Part shown: positions 24,252-31,232 of the stretch, in pieces | Numbering within the stretch: the stretch's first letter is position 1 | How the letters are laid out: every line of letters starts with the position of its first letter | DNA from: Chthonomonadales bacterium | Lineage (GTDB): Bacteria; Armatimonadota; Chthonomonadetes; Chthonomonadales; Chthonomonadaceae | Reading direction: 5' to 3' | NCBI GenBank assembly: GCA_038217285.1 | Contig: JBBQPO010000033.1 | Location: 1 to 31,232 of the forward strand | Length of the DNA: 31,232 bases | Translations under genes and position numbers: made by a program | Notes under the pieces: model-generated | Database searches by the model: none | What the model saw: the letters and a program-made list of their open reading frames with translations, nothing else | What the model was told of the DNA's origin: nothing

Positions 24252-25090
24252 CCGTGAGATGGGGATCGTGGAGACGCTGGCAACGACGCCGCAAAAAATG
24301 TAGGGATACTCGCAATTTGATCGTCGGACTTGTCAGTCGCGATCCTGCCCAACGCTACGCCTCCGAGCAGGTGCTTTTGGAACTTGGCCCCGAAGGGGTG
24401 AGTCTGCTCCTGTGCGAACTGAAGCGGATGGGCAATGTGGTGCAGCCATTGCCTACCGCCTTAGGCCAGGCACTCGCGTTGGGCGCCCTCCTCGACTATG
24501 TGTGGCTAGTCTGCGGGGGGCCGCCGGGGCCGGCGTTTCTGCCAGCGATTGTCGTGCTGGCGGGTCTGGTCTGGCAACTGCGCCAGCACCGCAACGCGAC
24601 GGCGCGTCTACTGACGCAGGTGGAAGATCGACGGATCGTAGGACCGCTGATGGAAGCACTGGACTACGGGGACGCGGTGACCCGCGACGCCTCCCGCCAG
24701 TGCCTCTTACGTCTGCTGCCGCAGTTGGCGCCTGCCGACGCCTCTAAGCTGGATGCCCGCCACAGGAGACGCCTGAACCGTGTGCTTGGCAGTGAAGACG
24801 AACCGCTGATCCTAGCGATCCTGCAGGCTCTGCCGCAGATCGGGGACGGCAGTTCCATCGGCCCGGTTCAAAGTCTGAGACGGCGTACGGGCTCGAAGAA
24901 GCTGAAAAGAGCCGCGACAAACTGTCTGCCGCTCCTAACCCTGCGTATCGAGGAGATGCGGCTGAGCGGGACTCTGCTGCGGGCCTCCTCTGATGCAGAC
25001 ACAGCGCCGGAGATGCTGGTGCGTCCCGTGATTTTCGCGCCCGATCACGATTCCCGAGATCTGCTGCGCACCGTCTTGCATGAGGGATAG
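24245..25090 (+). CDS. Membrane-anchored HEAT-repeat-like hypothetical protein
   Basis: Two hydrophobic segments, HEAT-like units (VEDRRIVGPLMEAL; AILQALPQIGDGSSIGPV), and C-terminal repeated LLR/LVRP motifs. GTG start overlaps the recJ stop. Confidence 0.75.
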   Translation: MVAVRWGSWRRWQRRRKKCRDTRNLIVGLVSRDPAQRYASEQVLLELGPEGVSLLLCELKRMGNVVQPLPTALGQALALGALLDYVWLVCGGPPGPAFLPAIVVLAGLVWQLRQHRNATARLLTQVEDRRIVGPLMEALDYGDAVTRDASRQCLLRLLPQLAPADASKLDARHRRRLNRVLGSEDEPLILAILQALPQIGDGSSIGPVQSLRRRTGSKKLKRAATNCLPLLTLRIEEMRLSGTLLRASSDADTAPEMLVRPVIFAPDHDSRDLLRTVLHEG

Positions 25091-25128
25091 ACCCTCTTCG
25101 ATGTATTGACACAACCCACCAAGGAGAC

Positions 25129-25593
25129 ATGACCATGCCGACCACTGGCGCCAACGCGACGATACACGGCGGTGGATTCCACCATATCGCGCTGCGAGTC
25201 TACGATTTCGACGCCTCACTGAAGTTCTATATCGACGGGCTGGGCTTCAAGCGTAGCTATGGATGGGGCAAGGATGGCCGGGCCGATGGCGAAGGCGACA
25301 GTCGCGCAGCGATGCTGGACACGGGCGATGGCAACTATCTGGAAGTCTTCGCAGGTGGCAAGCGCAAGCACGGCGAACCCGCGCCGGACGGCCCTTTCTT
25401 TCATATCGCCCTCCGAAGCGCCAATGTGCCGGCCGCGTTTGAGCGCGCCGTCGCCGCCGGTGGCGTGCCGACCGTCGAGCCTAAAAAGGTCGTTCCGCCG
25501 CATGCCGAGGAGCCCGCAAAAACCTTCCATGTCGCCTTCGTTCTCGGACCGGACGGCGAGTCCGTCGAGTTTTTCGACAACGACACCCTGTAG
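25129..25593 (+). CDS. VOC/glyoxalase family protein
   Basis: GFHHIALRV..SLKFY...LGF, YLEVF, FFHIAL, FVLGPDGESVEF; AAGGAG RBS. Confidence 0.92.
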   Translation: MTMPTTGANATIHGGGFHHIALRVYDFDASLKFYIDGLGFKRSYGWGKDGRADGEGDSRAAMLDTGDGNYLEVFAGGKRKHGEPAPDGPFFHIALRSANVPAAFERAVAAGGVPTVEPKKVVPPHAEEPAKTFHVAFVLGPDGESVEFFDNDTL

Positions 25594-25772
25594 ATACGCG
25601 ATGGAACGAATTCCTTCGCTAGGGCGCTCCGCGCCGAAGGCCCGCAAATAAGGAAGCCCTTCGGGCATCCCAAATCCTTCACTTCCGCGTGAAGGATTTC
25701 GCGGGCACAAAGCCGTTGCTTTCTGCAAGCGAGTTGACTCTGGTCCTCATGTTGCCTCGTCCGAAGGACGAT

Positions 25773-25890
25773 CCGCCGAAGGCGCGTAGCGAGGGGTAAC
25801 ACCCCTTGGCCACCGCCGAAGGCGCGTAGCGAGGGGTAACACCCCTTGGCCACCGCCGAAGGCGCGTAGCGAGGGGTAACACCCCTTGGC
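25773..25890. repeat. Perfect tandem repeat, 3 x 40 bp, palindromic REP-like unit
   Basis: Unit CCGCCGAAGGCGCGTAGCGAGGGGTAACACCCCTTGGCCA starting at 25773, 25813 and 25853; the last copy lacks the final CA. Confidence 0.97.
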
Positions 25891-25908
25891 TTGGGAGGGA
25901 GATTACGT

Positions 25909-26472
25909 ATGCATCCTGCCAATACCCACCCTCACCTGCTTCGCGCGGATACCGCCCTTCTGGTCGTCGTTGATATGCAGGAGCCGTTTCTGCGCAACCT
26001 GTTCGAGCGGGACCGGGTGATAGGGAACGTCTGTACGCTTCTGGAGGGGGCGAAGGTGCTGGGTCTGCCGGTCATCGCCACCACGCAGGTTGCGGAGCGA
26101 ATGGGAGGGGTGATCCCGGAGGTGCAGGAACGTCTGGGAAACGCGCCCGTTCTGGACAAGCTCGCGTTCTCCTGCTGGGGCGATCCGTTTCGCCAGGAGC
26201 TCCGGCAGAAGAACCGCAGCCAGATTCTCCTCTGTGGGGTCGAGGCGCATATCTGCGTCAGCCAGACCGCGCACGACCTGATGGCGGCGGGTTACGAGGT
26301 GCATCTGGTGGAGGAAGCGGTCTCTTCGCGCTCGGAATCCAATACGCGAATCGGCTTCGAGAAGATGCGCCAGTCGGGAGTCGTGCCGGCTTCGGTCGAG
26401 TCGGCGCTCCACGAGCTGCTGCGCCGCGCCGGAACCCCCGCTTTCCGGGAAATCCTTAAGATCATCAAGTGA
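25909..26472 (+). CDS. Isochorismatase-family (YcaC-related) cysteine hydrolase
   Basis: LLVVVDMQE, DKLAFSC, GVEAHICVSQT, VSSR; GGAGG RBS. Confidence 0.92.
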   Translation: MHPANTHPHLLRADTALLVVVDMQEPFLRNLFERDRVIGNVCTLLEGAKVLGLPVIATTQVAERMGGVIPEVQERLGNAPVLDKLAFSCWGDPFRQELRQKNRSQILLCGVEAHICVSQTAHDLMAAGYEVHLVEEAVSSRSESNTRIGFEKMRQSGVVPASVESALHELLRRAGTPAFREILKIIK

Positions 26473-26493
26473 GCCGCAACCGTATCGCGGCTC
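26471..26493 (+). terminator. Possible terminator hairpin after the isochorismatase gene
   Basis: GAGCCGC-9 nt-GCGGCTC followed by CTCTCTT. Confidence 0.45.
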
Positions 26494-26507
26494 CTCTCTT
26501 CGCGTAC

Positions 26508-26536
26508 TTGACGGTTCTCTCCCCTGCCGTTACAAT
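26508..26536 (+). promoter_or_regulatory. sigma70 promoter of rarA, probably leaderless
   Basis: TTGACG, 17-nt spacer, TACAAT; the ATG follows 5 nt later with no Shine-Dalgarno sequence. Confidence 0.75.
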
Positions 26537-26541
26537 AGTAT

Positions 26542-27921
26542 ATGCCATCCTCAAAACCTGCCCAGAATCAGTTCGATTCAGATCTCTTTATAACCGAAGT
26601 CGCCGCTGCGCCCTCTTATCCGGAGCCGGATGCGAATGCGCCCCTTGCGGCACGGATGCGTCCGCGCACCCTGGACGAGTTTGCGGGGCAGGAGACCGTC
26701 GTGGGTCCGGGAACGCTGCTGCGGCGGGCTATCGAGCGCGACCAGTTGACGTCCGCACTGTTCTGGGGACCTCCAGGCAGCGGCAAGTCGACCCTGGCGC
26801 AGATCATCGCCCGCACGACCAGAGCCGCTTTCGAGAACTATAGTGCGGTCACCTCCGGCATCGCCGATGTGCGCAAAGTGATCGAGAGGGCGCGGGAGCG
26901 GCGCAAACAGAACGGGCAGAAGACGATTCTGTTCGTCGATGAGATCCATCGGTGGAACAAGACTCAGCAGGACGCCTTGCTGCCGCATGTCGAGGACGGC
27001 ACGGTGGTCTTGATCGGTGCGACGACCGAGAATCCCTATTTCGAGGTGAACGCGCCGCTGCTGTCGCGGTCACGCCTATTCCGGTTCGAACGGCTTTCCG
27101 ATGCCGGGATTCGGGCGCTGATGGAGAGAGCGCTGACCGACACGGAGCGCGGCCTGGGGGCGCTTCAGATCAACGCCGATGGGGAGGCGCTGGACCATCT
27201 GGCGCATATCGCGGGCGGAGACGCGCGCAACGCCCTGAGCGCCCTGGAGTCGGCGGCGCAGGCGGCTATTCCGGATGCAGAGGGACAGCGGCATTTAACC
27301 CTGGCCCTGGCAGAAGAAGGCGCGCAGGCCCGGACGTTGGCCTACGACAAGACCGGCGACGAGCACTACGACACCATCTCCGCGTTCATCAAGTCGATGC
27401 GCGGCTCCGACCCCGACGCCTCCCTCTACTGGCTGGCAAAGATGCTGCTGGCGGGAGAGGACATCAAGTTCATCGCCCGTCGTCTGGTCATTCTCGCAAG
27501 CGAAGACATCGGCAACGCCGACCCGATGGCGCTGGTGCTCGCGAACGCGGCGGCGCAGACCGTCATGTTCATCGGGCTGCCGGAAGCGCAGTTGACGCTC
27601 TCACAAACGGTCTGTTACCTCGCCGCCGCTCCGAAGAGCAACGCCTGCACCATCGCAATAGGGCGCGCCACCGAGGAGATAAAAGCCAACGGACCCAAAC
27701 CCGTCCCGATGCCTCTGCGCGACGGTCACTATCCCGGCGGCAAAGCGCTCGGGCACGGCACAGGCTACCTCTATCCCCACGACTTTCCCAACCACTATGT
27801 CGATCAGCAGTACCTCCCCGACGGCGTCTCCGGCACTCCCTTCTACGAGCCGACCGAAGAGGGCACGGAAGCGAAGCTAAAGCGTCGGATGGAAAATCGC
27901 AACGGTAACCAGGAGGGATGA
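26542..27921 (+). CDS. rarA: Replication-associated recombination protein A (RarA/MgsA AAA+ ATPase)
   Basis: PLAARMRP, WGPPGSGKST, FVDEIHR, GATTENPYF, HYDTISAFIKSMRGSDPDA, ASEDIGNADP, YLYPHD. Confidence 0.96.
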   Translation: MPSSKPAQNQFDSDLFITEVAAAPSYPEPDANAPLAARMRPRTLDEFAGQETVVGPGTLLRRAIERDQLTSALFWGPPGSGKSTLAQIIARTTRAAFENYSAVTSGIADVRKVIERARERRKQNGQKTILFVDEIHRWNKTQQDALLPHVEDGTVVLIGATTENPYFEVNAPLLSRSRLFRFERLSDAGIRALMERALTDTERGLGALQINADGEALDHLAHIAGGDARNALSALESAAQAAIPDAEGQRHLTLALAEEGAQARTLAYDKTGDEHYDTISAFIKSMRGSDPDASLYWLAKMLLAGEDIKFIARRLVILASEDIGNADPMALVLANAAAQTVMFIGLPEAQLTLSQTVCYLAAAPKSNACTIAIGRATEEIKANGPKPVPMPLRDGHYPGGKALGHGTGYLYPHDFPNHYVDQQYLPDGVSGTPFYEPTEEGTEAKLKRRMENRNGNQEG

Positions 27922-27939
27922 CCGAAAGCGGTCATCCCT
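27914..27939. other. Perfect 11-bp hairpin overlapping the rarA stop codon
   Basis: AGGGATGACCG-AAAG-CGGTCATCCCT; no U-tract. Confidence 0.55.
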
Positions 27940-28009
27940 ACGCGCTAGCCGCCTTTCTGTCCGGACGGATGCACTCAGGCACTTCTGAAGCCGTTCGCAG
28001 GTATAATAG

Positions 28010-28042
28010 AGAGGACGTGGTCTTCTGCGTCCTCTTGTTTTT
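28010..28042 (+). terminator. Intrinsic terminator
   Basis: AGAGGACGTGG-TCTT-CTGCGTCCTCT followed by TGTTTTT. Confidence 0.7.
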
Positions 28043-28076
28043 GTGTGTACCAAGGCGATGCGGAGAGGCGAATCTT

Positions 28077-28451
28077 ATGGCGATGAATGTGTTGGGCGGG
28101 AATTTAGAGGTCTGCGGGACCGATCCGGTGACCGGGTTCTACCGAAGTGGCTGCTGTGACACCGGGCCGGGAGACTATGGCCTGCATCTTGTGTGCGCGC
28201 AGATGACGGAACTCTTTCTGCGATACTCCAAGGAGCGCGGCAACGACCTCTCGACGCCCGCGCCATCGCACGGCTTTACCGGGCTGAAACCGGGGGATCG
28301 CTGGTGCCTCTGTGTGGAGCGCTGGAAAGAGGCCCTGGACGACGATATGGCTCCGCCGGTTTTTCTGGTGGCGACGCATGTCTCGGCGCTGGAGTTCGTA
28401 GCGCTCGACGACCTGAAGCGTCACGCCCTGGATGCCACCGAGACGGCTTAG
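28077..28451 (+). CDS. DUF2237 family protein
   Basis: NVLGGNLEVCGTDPVTGFYRSGCC...GNDLSTP...GLKPGDRWCLCVERW...APPV.L.ATH; GGAGAGG RBS. Confidence 0.92.
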   Translation: MAMNVLGGNLEVCGTDPVTGFYRSGCCDTGPGDYGLHLVCAQMTELFLRYSKERGNDLSTPAPSHGFTGLKPGDRWCLCVERWKEALDDDMAPPVFLVATHVSALEFVALDDLKRHALDATETA

Positions 28452-28478
28452 ACAGTTTCGGTGAACCGGACATTGTCG

Positions 28479-29183
28479 TTATAGGTTGGCGAGCAGGTCG
28501 GCGCGGTTGCTGATGATGCCGTCCACACCGTCCGCGAGCAGGCGCTGCATGGTTTCGGCATCGTCCACCGTCCAGGCGAAGACGCGGAGGTGGCGGGCAT
28601 GCAGGGCGGCGATGCGTTCGGCTGTCAGCAGAGGATATTGCCAGGTGACGGCGTCGGTCGTCAGGGTGGCCAGATAGGTCGTGAACTCGGCTTCGGTAAG
28701 GTCGTTTGGACTGTGTCCGCCGAGCGAAAACGACAGAGGAAGATTGGGGTCACAGGCGCGGAATCGTTCGCGACTCTCGACGCTGGCGCCCGGAACGATT
28801 TTGTCGGCAGCCGGAAGCAGAGACAACGCCTCGGCCACCTGCTGTTCTACACGGCCTCCCTCACATTTCATGTCCGCCATAACGCGGCAGCGGCCCTGCG
28901 CCCATGTGACCAGTTCTGTCAGGGTCGGAACACCCTCGCCAGCCCCGAGATCGAGCGCCCGAAGCGCCTCGCTGGGATGTGCAGCGATCTCGTAGCTGGT
29001 ACCGTCCGGGGTGTGAACATGGGGATCGTGCGCCAAAAGCAGGACGCCGTCTGCGGCCTGCCGTATGTCGCACTCCACCATCGTACAACCGAGTTCCTGC
29101 GCATGTTGAAAACTGCGCATGGTATTCGCCGGGAAAACACGTGGCGCGCCTCGATGCCCCACACGCTCCAAAAACGTCGTCAT
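28479..29183 (-). CDS. Glycerophosphodiester phosphodiesterase
   Basis: GHRGA, NTMRSF, VECDI, LAHD, WTVDD, GVDGIISNR; AGGAG RBS before ATG 29183. Confidence 0.92.
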   Translation of the reverse strand: MTTFLERVGHRGAPRVFPANTMRSFQHAQELGCTMVECDIRQAADGVLLLAHDPHVHTPDGTSYEIAAHPSEALRALDLGAGEGVPTLTELVTWAQGRCRVMADMKCEGGRVEQQVAEALSLLPAADKIVPGASVESRERFRACDPNLPLSFSLGGHSPNDLTEAEFTTYLATLTTDAVTWQYPLLTAERIAALHARHLRVFAWTVDDAETMQRLLADGVDGIISNRADLLANL

Positions 29184-29302
29184 CGTCAGTCTCCTGTAAC
29201 TTAATACGAATACCAGAATCATACCCTCTTAGCCGCAAAACCCGGTTGATGGCCGGTGCAGAAGTAGCCGTTCGTTTAAATACAGGGATTTAATAAAGAG
29301 CC

Positions 29303-29332
29303 TTGACAAAATCCGATAGGACTTGGTATACT
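29303..29332 (+). promoter_or_regulatory. sigma70 promoter of the ROK gene, probably leaderless
   Basis: TTGACA, 18-nt spacer, TATACT preceded by TGg; ATG 6 nt downstream. Confidence 0.8.
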
Positions 29333-29338
29333 GCCACT

Positions 29339-30562
29339 ATGAGCCATATGTCTCCGGTACAGCCAGCGCTTCTCAGCAAGATCAACGAGCGGCAGGTGCT
29401 TCGCGCCATTCGCGCGCGCGGCCCCCAGTCGCGTGCCGAAGTCGCGCGGCATTCCGGTATCAGCGCGCCGACGGCCTCCCGTGCTGTCGAAGCGTTGCTG
29501 CGCGCCGGACTGCTGGAAGAGGGCGATGCCGACGGCGAACTGCGGGGACGGCCCGCTCGCAAACTGCGCCTCGCCAGCGAAACGGTGCAGGTGCTCGGTC
29601 TGGTGATCGACGCCGCCCAGTGCCGCGTCGTGTCTGCCGGACTAGACGGCAGGCTGCATGAGATACGGGAAACCCAGTTTCTCACGCCCGACACCTACCA
29701 GGCCCTTATCGACACGGCTAGCGACCTTGCACAACAACTGATGAATCGCCCCCATGTCGCCACTCTGGGCATGGCGATCAGCATGCCGGGCCTGATCGAC
29801 TACCGGCAGGGCTGTGGCATTCTCTCTCCGAACGTTCCCTTAACCAATCAACGCTCGCCCAGCCACGATCTGACGAAAAGGCTCGGTATTCCTGTCATCC
29901 TCGTGCAGGAGGCGCATGCCCTCTGCCTCGCGGAACGGCACTATGGAGCCGCGACGAACATGAACGATTTCGCCATGATCGATGTCAGCACCGGGATCGG
30001 ACTCGGAGTGATGAGCGGCGGACGACTGTTGACCGGACATGCGGGGTTGGCCGGAGAGGTCGGACATATCACGGTGGAACTCGACGGCAGGCTCTGCGGA
30101 TGCGGCAACCACGGCTGTCTGGAAACCGTCGGCAGTGATGCTGCCCTGGCCTTCATGCTCTCCCAGCGCCTTGGACGCAAACTCAGCGTGACCCAGGTGC
30201 TGGCGCTGTTGGAACAAGGAGAGTTGACCGCAGACGACGAGCTTGATCGCATCGGTCGGTACCTGGCAATCGGGCTGGCAGCCGTCATCAATCTTTTCAA
30301 TCCCTCCACGCTCTTTGTGCATAGCCGGCTCTTTTCCGCCGATAAAACACTGCTCCATCGCCTTATTTTAGAAACCGGTAAACGCGCCCTGCCTCCGTCT
30401 TTTGCCCATTGTCGCATCGTTCAGGCGCGAGGCAGCAAGCGACAGGGAGCCGTCGCCGCAATCATCGATCATCTGACCGAATCGGTCGTGCCGGTTGTGA
30501 TGACAGAGGCGCTGTCCGGACATTCTGCCGCGCTCCGTCCCCGCACTGCGGTGTCTGTCTGA
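29339..30562 (+). CDS. ROK family transcriptional repressor (XylR/NagC-like)
   Basis: N-terminal HTH (SRAEVARHSGISAPTASRAV), GRP, AGEVGH, CGCGNHGCLE zinc motif. The ORF track's TTG start is actually the -35 box. Confidence 0.93.
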   Translation: MSHMSPVQPALLSKINERQVLRAIRARGPQSRAEVARHSGISAPTASRAVEALLRAGLLEEGDADGELRGRPARKLRLASETVQVLGLVIDAAQCRVVSAGLDGRLHEIRETQFLTPDTYQALIDTASDLAQQLMNRPHVATLGMAISMPGLIDYRQGCGILSPNVPLTNQRSPSHDLTKRLGIPVILVQEAHALCLAERHYGAATNMNDFAMIDVSTGIGLGVMSGGRLLTGHAGLAGEVGHITVELDGRLCGCGNHGCLETVGSDAALAFMLSQRLGRKLSVTQVLALLEQGELTADDELDRIGRYLAIGLAAVINLFNPSTLFVHSRLFSADKTLLHRLILETGKRALPPSFAHCRIVQARGSKRQGAVAAIIDHLTESVVPVVMTEALSGHSAALRPRTAVSV

Positions 30563-30653
30563 GATAGTCCCGCCCCCATGCACCGTAGAGAGCGTAGGGG
30601 TCGTGTGAGTTGTGATTCCAGTTCGGTAAGATTCGGCAAGAAAGGTTCGTGGC

Positions 30654-31232
30654 ATGAATAGACTCCTGGCGTGGCCTCTGGGCGGCGCGCTGGCAACCCT
30701 GGGACTGCTCCTTGGCCTGGCAGGCGCGCCTGCACAGACGCGGGGCACCGACACGAAGACCCTCCCGAAGGATGGAAAGACGGCTTTTACGGCCGAGCAA
30801 ATCCGTTTCTTCGAGATCCAGGTCAAGCCTGTTCTCCAGGCCAACTGCTTCGCCTGTCACGGAGCGGGAGCCAATCTGAGCGGTGGCCTGCAGTTGAACA
30901 GTCGAGCCACGCTGCTCAAAGGGGGCACCTCGGGGCCAGCGGCGTCGCTGAGTAAGCCCGACGAGAGTCTGATCGTCCGGGCCATCAACTATCAGGGCAG
31001 GCAGATGCCGCCCGTCGGCAAGCTGTCGCAAGACAAGATCGACATTCTTACGAAATGGGTCCGGATGGGCTTGCCCTGGACGCCTGGCGCTGACGCCGCG
31101 CCCAAAGCGACGGGCGGCATCATTCCCCCGCAGGTCAATGCCGAAACCATGAAGTTCTGGGCTTTCCAGCCTGTGAAGCGTTCAAAGGTTCCGACCGTGA
31201 AAAACGTGGCCTGGGTTCGCAGCCCCATCGAC
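30654..31232 (+). CDS. Planctomycete-type cytochrome c protein (PSCyt1, then the start of a DUF1549/PSCyt2-type region); continues past the right window edge
   Basis: Absent from the ORF track. Manual translation gives a signal peptide, FFEIQVKPVLQANCFACHG (CxxCH), GGLQL, LKGGTSG, MPPVGKL, KWVRMG and FWAFQP...WVRSPID. Confidence 0.92.
   Translation, partial: MNRLLAWPLGGALATLGLLLGLAGAPAQTRGTDTKTLPKDGKTAFTAEQIRFFEIQVKPVLQANCFACHGAGANLSGGLQLNSRATLLKGGTSGPAASLSKPDESLIVRAINYQGRQMPPVGKLSQDKIDILTKWVRMGLPWTPGADAAPKATGGIIPPQVNAETMKFWAFQPVKRSKVPTVKNVAWVRSPID

Noticed and set aside
25106..25111. TTGACA upstream of the VOC gene as a -35 box
   Set aside because: There is no -10 at the proper spacing; that position falls on the start codon.
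25773..25890. CRISPR array
   Set aside because: The units are contiguous and identical, with no unique spacers, and there are no cas genes in the window.
25401..25922. ORFs with repeated PRYAPSAVAKGCYPSLRAFGG peptides
   Set aside because: These are translations of the 40-bp repeat; the unit is not a multiple of 3 and the ORFs overlap real genes.
26500..26520. LexA box upstream of rarA
   Set aside because: GTAC-N6-GTTC does not match the Gram-positive GAAC-N4-GTTC or the CTGT-N8-ACAG consensus.
27918..28076. 53-aa N-terminal extension of DUF2237 from the ORF track
   Set aside because: It spans two hairpins and a terminator; family similarity and the RBS begin at ATG 28077.

Overview
A GC-rich, gene-dense bacterial chromosomal window with about 30 CDS. 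I found no rRNA, tRNA, CRISPR array or transposase. The gene mix suggests a diderm organism, possibly Armatimonadota (inference only): PEP-CTERM, DUF2092/LolA-like, planctomycete-type cytochrome c and CRTAC1/ASPIC proteins alongside Firmicutes-like lapA-recJ, tagO-wecB and DUF512 genes. From left to right: (1) a minus-strand cluster of two paralogous Gfo/Idh/MocA oxidoreductases followed by two paralogous Tat-exported GH9 glycosidases; (2) ispH behind a consensus sigma70 promoter with an operator-like palindrome; (3) a PEP-CTERM protein with a self-closing structured leader; (4) a Tat hypothetical protein, rpiA, a 42-aa membrane ORF and a CRTAC1-family protein; (5) a minus-strand run of an Ig-repeat bitopic protein, a membrane protein, an FmdB zinc ribbon, a frameshifted PDZ/DUF512 gene and ppk1, downstream of a perfect TTGACA-17-TATAAT promoter and a ~225-nt structured leader; (6) a GNAT acetyltransferase; (7) an envelope/DNA-repair run of DUF2092, an atypical WecA/TagO, wecB, LapA-like, recJ, a HEAT protein and a VOC protein; (8) a ~300-bp hairpin-rich cassette containing a 3x40-bp tandem repeat; (9) an isochorismatase-family gene, apparently leaderless rarA, DUF2237, a GDPD, an apparently leaderless ROK repressor and the start of a PSCyt1/DUF1549 cytochrome. 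The best leads are the switch-like or 6S-sized RNA at 17.8-18.0 kb, the structure-conserved repeat cassette at 25.6-25.9 kb, the active-site-swapped WecA, the Ig-repeat membrane protein and the doubled Gfo-Gfo-GH9-GH9 cluster. All family calls come from recognising motifs by eye; no searches were run.
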